Source of the DNA: Amoeboaphelidium protococcarum X5
Lineage: Eukaryota > Fungi > Aphelidiomycota
Direction of reading: 5' to 3'
Assembly: GCA_023515725.1 (NCBI GenBank)
Contig: JALDTO010000251.1
Location: 124,001 to 188,000, forward strand
DNA length: 64,000 nucleotides
Shown: one piece after another, positions 1-12,300 of the stretch
How the letters are laid out: every line of letters begins with the position of its first letter
How positions within the stretch are numbered: the stretch's first letter is position 1
Program-made: the position numbers and the translations under genes
Notes under the pieces: generated by a model
What the model was told of the DNA's origin: nothing
Databases searched by the model: none
Seen by the model: the letters and a program-made list of their open reading frames with translations, nothing else

Positions 1-72
1 GTAGGTGATAGGTAAAAGGATTGAGATTAATATATATTTAGAAGTAGTACTCTCGTATAATCACAGCATAGT

Positions 73-2379
73 TCATGCATTTTACTTTTTCCATTGCTTG
101 GCTTTAGAGAGCAGAGCAGCTAGGCCAGTACCACCAGAGATTGACGGCCTTTCAGGATCTTCTTTAACAGCTTCTGTCACCACAACAGTGTCCTCAGGAA
201 ACTCATAATCATAATACTCAAGCATGGTGTAGTCAGCGTCATCATCTGGATTCTAACGCCTCCGCTTCTTGACTTGCTGAGGCATATTCTTCTAAAGTGT
301 GCTGCGTATATCTTCCACTCTAGTACTGGCATCCAGTTCATCATAAAACTACTGCTCAAAATCCAGCCAAGTGATATAAAGCAATCTCCTCTCTTCACTT
401 TGGCCGCTCTATTTGAACGACTCACAGCCTCTCTTAAACGTGGATCTTGCATTCTAGTAAGCCTTCTCTTATGGTGTGAGATCCGTATCGTTTTATTAGT
501 CATGAGCAAGCAAGCACTAATGTTCAAATTCTGCCAGAGACACCCAAACTTTCGGATGACTGCTTCTCTGTAATAATCTCTCATACAAAGCACGAACTCT
601 GTCCACACTCTTTACATCATCTGGCAGGATATTATCAACTTCGAAATCAATATAAGCCTTCCACAACACCTCAAGCATGTCCAAGTACTCTTATCTAATC
701 CCCAGTTCATATATACCACGAGCGCGTTCAGTCTCACCTAGTAAAGATTCAAGCTCGGCATATTTGCACCATCCATAGACATTGGCAGCATCGTGTTGAA
801 TAAACTTCTCGTACAATTTTCTACAGCGAGAGAACTCACGCAGAGACAGCTCAAGTTCAATGTAGCCCTTGAACAACTTTGGCGTCGGATGAACACCCAG
901 CGCTTTGCCCAACAATTTCCTCGCATCAACCAAAGTTCCATGACGGATTTCGAATTTGGCAGCCAGTAACCAAATTTTGGCAAATGTAAAGTGCTAATGT
1001 GGAATCAATTTAAGACACGTATGATATACCTATCTTGCACGGTCATAATCTTTTACCATAAGCTCTTCAAAAATAGCATACTTGATCCACAAATATATAT
1101 AACGTCTCCACTATCTCTTATCCTCAGAAGATGACGGTACCTGGGCAATTGCGCGCTCATACACCTCTCTACATCTATCAACAACTTGCTTGAACTGAGC
1201 ATTGTTAACCATCGAGGACTACTTCATGTGAGACGATGCAGATTAAACATCTCGAGACAAAGACTGTAGAATACCCTCTTCCAAGTTGATATAATCAAAC
1301 CACACATCATAGTCTTATTGTTACAGCATGGCACTAGAATTTGTTGATATATCTTTAATCTACTACTCATACTCTTGACGCTTTTTCAGAATAATAACAG
1401 ATTCTATGTCCTCCTTATCACCATGCTATTATTCAAATAGAACATAATCAGATTACAACAACTACAATGACTTTTTATAATCATTCAGTAATTAGAGAGC
1501 CTTTTCATCAAACCGCTGAGCCAACAACTAATCCACCTCAGCAATTCTACGCTCTATATCCTCAATACCATACTTGAAGATGAATCTGGCACGTTCAATC
1601 TCTTTAAGACTAGATTCAAATTTAGCAAATTAGGAGCACAGCTTTACAGAATCAGAGCTATAATACTCATCAAATAGCAGTTCCATTGCATTAGTGTATA
1701 CTGCTCTAGCATTACCAACCTACTTACTCTCTATCTCCCACTGCGCCCACTGGATCCAGCACTCAACCACACAATGCACTCTACACATATCACTGTATAT
1801 TTACCTAATCTTTCCGGTATTCTTTAATCTACTTTCAAAACTAATGTACAGATTATAGGCATTAATAGATGGCTCCCATTTCATCCAGCGATCGAATATA
1901 AGACGCGCACTGCTCACATTACCCAGAGACTCTTCCATAAACGCATACTTGTAGCAGAAATCATCCACTCGAGGTAGAAGAGCAATGACGCGTTCATACA
2001 AATTTCTAGCGTGATTAATAAATCCATTCCTGGTCTCAATCAGAATATACTCTTTCCAGAACTGGACTGCATGCGGGTGAACACTAAGCGCCCTCTCCAT
2101 CACGGAGCGACATCGACCAAATTCACGTTAGGACTCTTCAAATCTAGCATACTTGAGCCAATTCTAAATAGACTGAGGATTAAGACGGACGGCATTCTCA
2201 TGATACTTTCTCTATTTCAGCTGGAAATTGCGCAGTTCTTCAACATCGAGAATGTCAGTCTACTTGGTGATTTTCTTCACAGGTCTCAAGAACTTGGACT
2301 TATCAACAGCCTCCCTCAGAATTTACTCTGCTGTAATCTGCAAAGGAGCAATACTTTTATCTTTCACTGTAAAAGACAT
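73..2379 (-). CDS. CLF1: Crooked neck / Clf1 (Syf3) HAT-repeat pre-mRNA splicing factor, ~768 aa
   Basis: Single frame with TAR=Q. N-term [24 protein letters not shown] (cf. VKNK..AP.QITAEQILREA), HAT repeats ([47 protein letters not shown]), ends ..KAKQWKKQNA-TGA. Confidence 0.93.
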
Positions 2380-2504
2380 ATAACTTCCTCTAATATAATT
2401 ACTCTAAAATTGAATTTAAATACTTGAATAGATTATAATGTTATGGTCTTCTGCTGAATAGAAGTATATAGATAAAAAGTTGATTAAAAGACAAAGAGAG
2501 AAAA

Positions 2505-2592
2505 GAGTTGACGAGTTCCTCTCTGGAGGCGAAAGAGTAAAGAGAGCGCGAGTAGAACGAGAGGGGAGAGAGAAAGAGGGAGAGAGAGAGAT
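2505..2592. repeat. GA-rich/(GA)n tract in the divergent CLF1-PHS1 promoter
   Basis: gaggggagagagaaagagggagagagagagatagag; similar CT/GA tracts at ~5910-5940, 6091-6107, 17869-17877 and 45244-45322. Confidence 0.7.
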
Positions 2593-2708
2593 AGAGCGGC
2601 GCGTTTGCCTTCAAAGTTACCATTGCAGATCCCATTGAACAGTCTAACCATCATAGTAGCTTAAACTCTAATCGCTCTAACGGAAGATTAAAAGAAAAAA
2701 AGTTGAAG

Positions 2709-3503
2709 ATGATCAAGTATTATTTAGTGGCTTATAATGTTGTGAGTATGGCGCTGTGGACGATAGTGTTGTTGACTACTCTGCCTAAGGAATGGGTTCA
2801 GATTCCGGGATTTACTGCCTAGTAAAAGACTGCCGTGTCCCTGGATTATGTGCGTGTGGTCCAGTCGCTAGCAGTGCTTGAAGTCTTTCACGCCCTGTTC
2901 CGATGGGTAAAGAGTCCTGTAAGTAGTACCGTGATTCAGGTGAGTAGTCGCTTGTTCATAGTGTGGGCTGTGTTGTACCTGTATGCTCAGCGTCTGTTTG
3001 GTGGTGCTCGTCTGAACGTTCTCCCACCTCAGAAATTGATTTAGCCATTTCTGGGTGGTAGCGGTGCATGGTCCGCCTCATTATCCAATTTAAGTGGTAG
3101 TGCAGCGAATGAGTTCAACATGTCCTTCTATGTCATGATGGTGGTTGCGTGGTGTCTAACTGAGATTGTCCGGTATGCATACTACGCTTTGTCGCTGCTC
3201 AATAGCGAGTCTTACATTGTGACCTGGCTTAGATACACGCTATTCTTTGTCCTCTATCCTATTGGTGCTGGTAGTGAGGCAATGTTGTTATACAGAAGTC
3301 TTCCCTTTGTTTAGAATCAATGGTAAAAGTATGCCTATGTCGTTGTCTTGTGCACTTATCCCGCTGGATTCATCATGTTGTACTCTTACATGATCAAGTA
3401 GAGAAGAAAGTAACTGAGTCCGGGTGGTGCGTCTAAGCGTAAAGTTGTGCCTTTAAATGTGAGTAAATCTTCTCCACGTAAAGGCACAAAGAAGGCTCAA
3501 TGA
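2709..3503 (+). CDS. PHS1: Very-long-chain 3-hydroxyacyl-CoA dehydratase (PTPLA/HACD family)
   Basis: MIKYYLVAYN, QSLAVLEVFH, QVSSR, WCLTEIVRYAYY, WLRYTLFFVLYPIGAGSE, YMIKQRRK motifs; single frame to TGA. Confidence 0.92.
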
Positions 3504-3662
3504 TTATAGTATCAGGATATGACACACTTAATGTTGTGCAATGTCCTTTGATATATGCGTATGGTTTTAAGCAATTGAATACTGAACAAGACTAAAAATT
3601 TCTTTAAGATTGCCATTTATTTATATTGTCAAATTTTAAACAGCTTATATGTATGTATATTA

Positions 3663-5855
3663 TCAGCCATAGTTAAGTTCGACATCTTGCTACTAAGTAC
3701 CACCCACTGTAGGCTATACACTGTCCAGGTCGCGATAACTTCTCAACTGGCGACCACCTCTGCGACCGCGAAAACCGCCTCTTCCACCTGATGCAGTTGA
3801 AGTGGTCTATCCATCACGTCCACGTCCACCTCTTCCTCCATATCCAGATGAACTATTTCCACGAGATCTGCCGCCGCGTCCACGACCACGTCCACCGTAT
3901 GGATTATGTCTCGCTCCTGCACCACTCCCATGATATCCTTACTAATACTACTGTTAATGGTATGGCTATCTGGCAACTTAGTGAGGTAGAGGTACGCCAA
4001 ATTAGTCTCGATCAGCGGTGGCAAAACTTTCCAATCTACCAAAGACGGTCTGCTGAAGATCCTGAGAAGTAAACTGCGGCATATTGTAGTCCGTATACTA
4101 TGGATAACATTGATAATACTACTGCTACTACTATTGTAACTGAAACGGCTATTACTAGTACGGATACTACTAATATTGCTGCATTGACTACTGATGCACT
4201 GACTGCTACCTGTTCTTATGCGCTGCTCTTCCTTTGGATTACTAAATGTCAGATGCAGTCCACTTGAAGGGATCGCACATGTACATTGTCCACATTTTAA
4301 TCAGTTACTAATACTACTCGATGACATCCTAGTGTTTATTATTCAGATGCTTCTCCACAAACTCATTTCCTTTGAACATCTTGCCACACACGGAACATCT
4401 AAACTTGCTAGCCTCAACTTTGACAGTCTTAAATCGCAGATAGTCCTACAGCAGATCATTCACCTAGTCTTCGGATGGTCCTTACAGAATACCAGCCATC
4501 TACAGCTTCTTCTCCAATGATGCCACTTTCAACTTCCACCTGTCTTTCTACCTGCCACCCTCATACTGAACTCGAAAGTATCCTTCTCCAAATCTGAGCA
4601 ATTGCTCTTGCACGCTAGATACTCTACACGCACCAGCATAATACTCTACCAAGAACACCTTTCTCAGAGTTGTTATCAAGAGATCTAGCAGAAACTTTAA
4701 TTAGTTCTACTCCAATGATTGCAATACTTCAAGAGAGACATTCTCTAATTGAGCTTTTGCCAACAATACTGAGAGTAAGCTGTCAACTGGAACATTATTC
4801 TATAGACATTGCAAGCGGAGTAATTCCACAGCAACTTCAATATCCTTCCTAAGACGGTCAGCATCATTCGCCGAATAATCGATATAATACTTGTACTAGG
4901 AATACTTGCGGTAATTGAATGGATACATCCGCAACTCATAATCCATCTACTAACCACCAGCAGTATCAGTGCTTTGAGAGTCACCCAATACAAAACCTTG
5001 AAAAATATTAGCTTCATTCAGTGTGGTATCAACGACATTGAGTAGAGAACCATTGAACTGGTTACAAAATGCACGCGCATCGGCACCAATCTTCAGTATA
5101 ACAAACGCACAGCGGTGAAATGCTTTATATGGACTAGCGTTGCCCATTATTAAGTGCTCAAAGTCTGGTGATGATGAAAAAACATTCACCAGCTACTGAT
5201 ATCCAATATTAGGATGAACAGAACCGAGCATTACTGTAGGAGGGTACTCTAAGAAGATGGACTATTGATCGCCGGCTTGCTGCTTATCTCCAGATTAATC
5301 TTATGGATCTTAATTATCCGCATTCTTATCGACATCAGCAGAGGCAGCAGTATCATCAACAGTACCCATTTCTTTATCTTCACCCATCTCCTCATCTTCA
5401 TCCACGGCGCCTTCATTAGCATCATCGTCACCATCTTCCCCGTCTTCTTTAGCCGACGCAACAACCTATTCAGATGCACTTCTACTCAGAGACGCGTCAA
5501 AGGAGACATTATCGTATTTGCCATCATTCAAATCCAGGATAAATTAATCCAAATTGGATTTGATGGTCAGCTTTTGCTATTCCCTCCTCTAAACATACGG
5601 ACCGTCTTATGAATATGAATCTTTAAACCATTCAGTTTATCCCTGAGACTAATAGAACAATTTCATTGAATTCTACGCATAATTAGCCTTGTACTCATCA
5701 TAATATTAAGAGAGGAGATCGGTGTCACTATTAGCACCAGGAGGAGCCCATTGCAAAAACTGAGTGAACACAATCGGAGTATCAGACTTGTACAATCTAC
5801 CACTGCTCACATACTATTGCAGAAGAGATTCTGGATTCCCCGATGCCTACTACAT
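3663..5855 (-). CDS. SERRATE/Ars2 (Pir2-like) RNA-processing adaptor, ~730 aa
   Basis: N-terminal EWFKDSY motif, acidic linker, central RRM-like segment, zinc-finger-like K.FKG.EFVEKHLNNKH, RGG-rich tail and terminal SYRDLD...LNYG motif typical of Ars2. Confidence 0.8.
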
Positions 5856-6286
5856 TATGAACAGAGATTATGGTAGTTATACGTTGAGCGTATTTCTGTA
5901 TACGAGATCTTCTCTCTCTCGCTTTACAGAGAGAAAGAAAAGGTCGAAGAGTCTGACAATTGTTTATCGCGTCGACTTTCCTGTGGACTCTTTCACTGAC
6001 AAAACAACGAACGCACGCACTACAATCGCTCGCGCGACGTGATCAGTGAAACTGCGACTCGGCACTGTTTTAAGTGGATGCTCAAAAACCCTCTCTCTAT
6101 CTCTCTCTGTTGTAAAATGACGCGTAAGGAATACTGTGATGTTGGAGTTTAAAGAACAAGATACTTTTATAGCAAAAAATTCGTGATTAAAATCGAATTA
6201 TATAAGCGCGAAACGTAGATCAAGAGTCAAAGAAACAGCTTATAGTATATGAAGAATGTAAGTTTATTCTAAGGTAGATGAAAGAC

Positions 6287-6622
6287 TCAGAACAATCCAC
6301 CGAAGCCCATGTCATCATCAGACTCCTCCTCCTCTTCCTTCTTCTCCTCCTTCTTCTCTTCAGCAGCAGCACCAGAGTCACCAGAAGCACCACCGGCGGC
6401 AGCTGGAGCAGCGACAGCAGAAGCGGATCCAATATTACCGATCAGATCGTTAATGTCCTTACCCTTCAGAGCCTTGGCGAAGATGGTTGGCCAGATGGAC
6501 TCGACATCCAAACCTGCGGCGCTGATCAACTTGGACAGCTTATCAGCACTAACCTCCTGACCCTCATCAGCCAGAATCAAAGCGGCATAAACACAAGCCT
6601 TCTCGTTAATTTCAGTAGACAT
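6287..6622 (-). CDS. RPP1: 60S acidic ribosomal protein P1
   Basis: [11 protein letters not shown]...WPTIFAKAL...[13 protein letters not shown]; intact even under the standard code. Confidence 0.97.
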   Translation of the reverse strand: MSTEINEKACVYAALILADEGQEVSADKLSKLISAAGLDVESIWPTIFAKALKGKDINDLIGNIGSASAVAAPAAAGGASGDSGAAAEEKKEEKKEEEEESDDDMGFGGLF

Positions 6623-6965
6623 TTTACTATTATATAATTTATTAAAAATGGATTTACTATTCGCGATTTAGTCCTCTTTAAGCGGAAGCAAAATAGTTTA
6701 CTATTAGGTATAAAGAATCAGACAGCGAGAAGATCAGTTCCCGAAAAGTTTTACGCGCGCCGCGATCACATTTCGGTCAGTTTAAGGTTGTCATTTCCAC
6801 TCAACGTCTCCATATACAGTTTTGAATCCAGCGGTTGGTTTCAACACTGTACGCGGATAATATGCAATAGAAAAAGTATAAAACTACGCGTTGTGAGTAA
6901 TTCAAATTATAGTACCACAATATTTTGTCAAAAATAATCACAAATATGCCATAAACAGAAAAGTA

Positions 6966-8900
6966 TCATTGGCAAGACTGCGGAAGGCCGATTAGCAAAT
7001 TATCAAAATCAGATCCCATTCCGCTCCATTTGCGCATAGATCTCACGATTGCTGGATCACGGTGGACTCTGGTATAGACACCTTCTGCCCACGCTCCTTG
7101 TTCATTCTTCACGGTATATCCGCATACATCATTTCTGTGGGCTTTGGAAAAAGGAACGCTCTTACACTGCTGATTTGATGGACCCGTGTAACGACTACAA
7201 TCACTATAGCCATCCGGGTATCCTTGTGCTCCATTTTGCATAAATGTGTATCCACTCATCACCATCTTGATTTTCCAATCGGCATCGTTGCGATCAAATA
7301 ACTACTGCTCAAAATGTCTATGCTTCTCTACATCCTTATCCTTCACCAAGACTGAGCCTTTATCAGCCATGTCACGAGAGGATGAACCACCATTCTACTG
7401 GTCATGGTCGTCATTCTGGATGACAAAGCGAGAAGCAGGCAATATCCAATTACCGCATATTGGATGCTCCTTAGGATAGTCTGAAGACCAAATCTTGACT
7501 TGTTCAATTTCAGCGTCAGATAATCCATTCGCCTTCATTTGATCATCTAGATATTTGTAGAAATTGTAGTTATTATACTCACAAGCAAGCAGATTTCTCT
7601 CTCCACCCATAATAACTTCCAGCCAGGTGATGAAATCTTATGGAAAGCTGCCACCAAGTTTCTACTTAGTTTTACCTAAGATGGCAGCCAAGTCATCTGG
7701 GCGAGTATGCTTTGCAGCATCAATACGGAAACCTGAAAATCCAATACTAATTAAGTTGGTCAAATAAGTGGCGATTCTCTCCTGCACATATTCCTTCTCC
7801 GTATTCAAATCAGTCAATCCAACTAGCCAGCCATAGTTCAAAGAAAATCCAGAGGCCCAGTCATTGAGCGTACGTTCGCAATGGAAGTCTTCGGCATGAT
7901 ATGGAACAGCAGGAAATTCCAAGGCTGGTCTCATCCCAGTGAATGGATTGTTCTCATAAGTCCAAGAATGTGTAAAGTATGGAGAGTTGGCACTAGAGTT
8001 CTTGGCTCCCCAATACACGCAACTTCCACCAGCTTGATTTCTATGAGTATACACATCATTACCACCACCGGTCATATGATTGATCACGGCATCAGCATAC
8101 ACTCTGACTCCGGCGCGACGACATCTCACGATCATATCACGCAACTAAGCCTAGCTTCCCAGTCTTGAATGAAGACGATATGAGACTGGCTGGTAAGCGA
8201 AATACCACGGATTCAATTCACCATTTTGCAGATAGTAATCGGAGGTGACATGCTCTTGAGGAGGATAAATCTTGACACCCATGTATCCAGCCTTGCCAAG
8301 CATGGATTCACATTCCAGAGCGACATCTTCATATGGCCATCCAAACAGCTCAACAATAGCACCTCTCTACCCATTTTCAGTATGCGGCGAGTGAACAGAA
8401 GGATTCTACCAGGCGAAGTATATCGGATCCAGCAGCAGAGTTGAATTACTGTCCGTTCTGACAGAGATGGTCAGTCCATCTTCCGACAAGGACTGAGATT
8501 CACTGCTAAACGTTCTAGTTGGACTTTATTCCCACGGATAATCGCCAAACTTGAACTCCAGCTTCACGTCATCATTTTTGGTAAATGTGCGAACAGTGAC
8601 TTTAGCTTCGCTCCTATCCTAGTTGTACTAAACATCAGCGTAGCCTTGCAAATCACCATAATCTTGCCAGCTTGGAGATGCGTACTGAGGACTCGATCGC
8701 GGAGGAGTCTGCCACATGCGACCGCTCACCTGCGATTTCTCATATGAAGTCTAATCACCACGACAGAAATCGAGACCTTGAAAGTTACTGCAGCTCTCCG
8801 CAGCATTGAATACATCATTGTCTTGAAAGCGGATGTAACTGGAACACACCAAAGTGAACGTCGCAGTAGAAGCAATGACCAAGAGCGGAGATAGCTTCAT
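6966..8900 (-). CDS. Secreted GH13 alpha-amylase (animal/actinomycete-like type) with N-terminal extension, ~644 aa
   Basis: Signal peptide MKLSPLLVIASTATFTLVCSS; LFGWPYEDVALECE, YQPVSYRLHSRLG, DAVINH, GFRIDAAKH (nucleophile), WLEV (acid/base), QNDDHDQ. Confidence 0.9.
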
Positions 8901-9106
8901 AATAAACGACTGGATTATCTGCTGCAGTTTCAAAACAAAGACTTGAGAAAGCGCGGAGTATAAGTAAATGCAGATAAGGTGAAAAGTTCTTATCGCGAGT
9001 CGCGTTTGAAATGAGTCTTCAATATATCAAAACGATCGCGGAGTTATCCCTCTCAGTCAGCCAGTCAGTAGTGAGTGAGTCAGCAGTTTCAACGCCGCCT
9101 GCGATG

Positions 9107-9222
9107 GAGTTAGATGCGGGATCACTTCTCGTGTGAAAGGCACGCACCTCTAGCAGATCTGTCAACCCCGTGCCCTTAGCAGAGTTTCTTCTTATGCAGA
9201 GGTGTGAGCCTTGCCTGAACTC
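9107..9222 (+). ncRNA. Candidate structured RNA of unknown class (multibranch stem-loop)
   Basis: Closing stem GAGTT(9107)/AACTC(9218), hairpin TCAC-TTCTCGT-GTGA, and a ~17-bp helix between 9137-9155 and 9195-9212; GC-rich island in the intergenic DNA. Confidence 0.4.
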
Positions 9223-9388
9223 TTTACCAAAACGGCCTCCGTTTCACTCAGTTGTTTCTCCAATTTCGTTTCAGAGGAATTCAACACTCGCTCTTTGTCT
9301 TACCTTTTACAGTTTTACACAATCAAAGGCATCTGATATCGATTAGGCTTCACCTTAATTTTAGATTTATTAATTTAAAATCGACTTA

Positions 9389-12300
9389 ATGAGTAAGGTA
9401 GTGGGTAAGTTGAGTGCCGAGGAAAAAGGGAGAAGAACGAGTCTAGCAAGTGTCGATGTCAAGGCTACTCCGTCCTCTTTGGCAAAGACTGCTGGTGTCC
9501 TATCAAAAACTGAGTCTGCTATCGTTGGCTAGGCTAATGCTGCTCTACAAGAGAGTATCTATTTAACTGAGACTGCTGCTTCTCAACATAAACTTTCTCT
9601 CAGATCTGCTGCGAGGCTGGATCCGAGTGTAGACCTTGATAGATTGTAACAGCTTACCATTGAAACTGGGCCGACTAAAGCTGAGCTGAAGGCTTAGAAA
9701 CTGAGAGAAATTAAGGATCGCGTCTCGCTTGAACATGGCGTTGTAAAGCTATTTGATAGAGACTTTGATTGCAATGAGTCTATTAAGGAGTTGAAGTTGC
9801 TGTTCTCAAATTACAAAAATGTTCAGAAAATTTCTATCCTATCTGTGATTCTTTTAAAGGCGAAACAATGGTTGTCTAATGAATCGCAGGCGCAAATTGT
9901 TCAAGAGGTGTTTTCGTTTATTGAGTATGTCTATGTGAGATTTCAATGTGATATTGATCCCTTAAGTAATGTGTCTGTTCTGGGGTTTGCCTGCTAATTG
10001 TTGTCTGGTAATAAATCTCCTTCTGAGGATGCTGTCATTGACCTGCTGGAAACTATTATCCCATCACTATGTAAGCAGTCTTCATAAGATTCTTTACTGC
10101 TGAAGAACGTAATTAACATTTTGGTCGACACTCGTTATCGTTTGAGAAATTCGAGTACTGTACTGTTCAAGATTTAGTCATTCCTAGCCATGCTGCAGGA
10201 TATAGGCGTGTAAAATGTGTCATCTAGTAAGAGATCTTCTCATGTGGATAAGGTTTTGATTTCTGCATCATTTGACAATTGTATGCCGCAGCTACTTAAA
10301 AGTTCCAATCCTATTTGCAGGTATGGGATAATAAAGTTTTTAAGTCAAGATATATCTGTGAATAGCGCTATTGAGATGTCGTTTGATATTAAAAGGTAAA
10401 CTGACTTGACTATCTTACTTTAAGACATATGCCTGCTACTGTCCGATAGACAAGTGAAGACACAGTATGCATTAGCTTCTAATATTCTACGCTTCCCGCC
10501 TTAGACGAATTTAGGTCGGATGATTTTCACTATCGTCTCTAACAAGGTGCCTATCCAGTCTGTTGGCTCTTTGTAGCCAGAGCTCAAGTAGGCTCTATGT
10601 AATTTGATTTTGAATCTGTTTCTTTTTGGAGACTACTATCAGGCAGGTAGAGAGGGAGCGTCAGACCCAGATGTTTTGAATGACAATCTGTCTCCTCCTA
10701 CTAAAGAAGATACCAAGTCTGATAAGAACACCGCTCCTACCGCTGACCGCAAGATTCAATCCCTGATGCCTCAAGTGGACGCTATCACCTTGTGTGATAT
10801 TCTCAATTTTGCACAAGATTATATGGCTGATAGCTCAATTGCCGCCATTATGGCTGATGAGTTTTGTAAGTTTTGCATCACTGAAAGCTCGTGTTATAAA
10901 GTCACATTTGCGTTTAAGCGTTTGATTTTGGATGGAGAGATTCCGTCGCGTTAGTTTATTGATGCTACTCTGCCCACTTACTTGCAGAAGATGGCTGATA
11001 CCGGTATAAATGCCATGTCAAGTTAAGAGTTGGAACACATCAAGTACCTATTGTATGCCATTCACATCAATTTTGAATAGTCGCTCTACTATCCCTTCAT
11101 TAATCTTTTGAGTGCTTCTGATTATCTTGAAGTGGCGGGTAATGTCAAACTTGTGAGTTTCCTTAATGAAGTTCTTGGTGAAGTGAAGCTATGGTTTGGA
11201 TTGGACGGTTGGTTTTAAGAGGGAAGTTAGGTAAGTATGAAGTCTGATACATCTGAAGCTGGCTCCAAGTCAAAGGCAGCAGACAAAAGCTTGGCGGTCC
11301 CTAAAATTCCGCAGTTGCTGCGTGCGAAGGCAAAAGAGTAATATGTGGAGCTGATGAGTCTAATATTGCTTGGTGTTGAGGCTGATTGCAAAACCTCATC
11401 GAATATCACTTTGGGAAGATTTGCTCTTTATTTGGAATTGATATCCGTCATGCGTCAAATCCGATTGGCCCTCAAGTAGAAGGGTATTATTGCGGAAGTT
11501 AGAGAAGCAATAAAGTCCACTTTGATGGATATTGAATTGAGAATCTATGCTTATTTGAAGATAGTTGAAACTTCTGGGCATGAACTTTGTCCAGATTTAA
11601 AATGCATGGTGTCAAAGTTTTTAGTGGAGGTGAGTTAAATTAAAGACCATTATAGTCGCTCCTAGTGGATTCCATATATTGTAAAGTGGGTACTGAGGCA
11701 TTTTCAAGGGCTGCATAAGCTCAGCTTCAATAGATTTGAGAATGCGGATGGTAGCGCTCAGAATTTGCTAAATCTTGCACTCTAGTTGCATGGAGCTTTT
11801 GTCCGATATATGATGAAGTATTAGAAAACTTCAGACATCTCCGCGCTGCAGACTCGAATTGATATTTTGTTCCCTTACCCTCCTGATGTGGCTGTTCCAT
11901 TCACATTTATCGATACTGATCTGCTGTAGGTATTTACCACGCTACTGGCCTCTCAGTTATTATTTATTGAAACTCCAGAGATTGTCATCTTAATGCCAGA
12001 GATATGGCAAATGCTGCCTAATGCAACGGGAGATTTACTGAATAAACTTGTTTTGCTATTTATGTATTTTGCGGATAATGCTCCTGCGCAAGTAAAGCAG
12101 ATGGTTTACTCTTAGCTGTACCACAACAATCCTGAGATTAGAAAGAATGCGCTCGCATGTGTCGGACGTCTGTTTAATCATAGAGATTATATATAGTATC
12201 AGAGTATTAACGATAAGAATTTTATGAGAATTTCTTCAAAGCGTACTGTCAGGTCCGGTCTTCGTAATATTGCAGATACATTTAAGGTGCCAACATTAAA

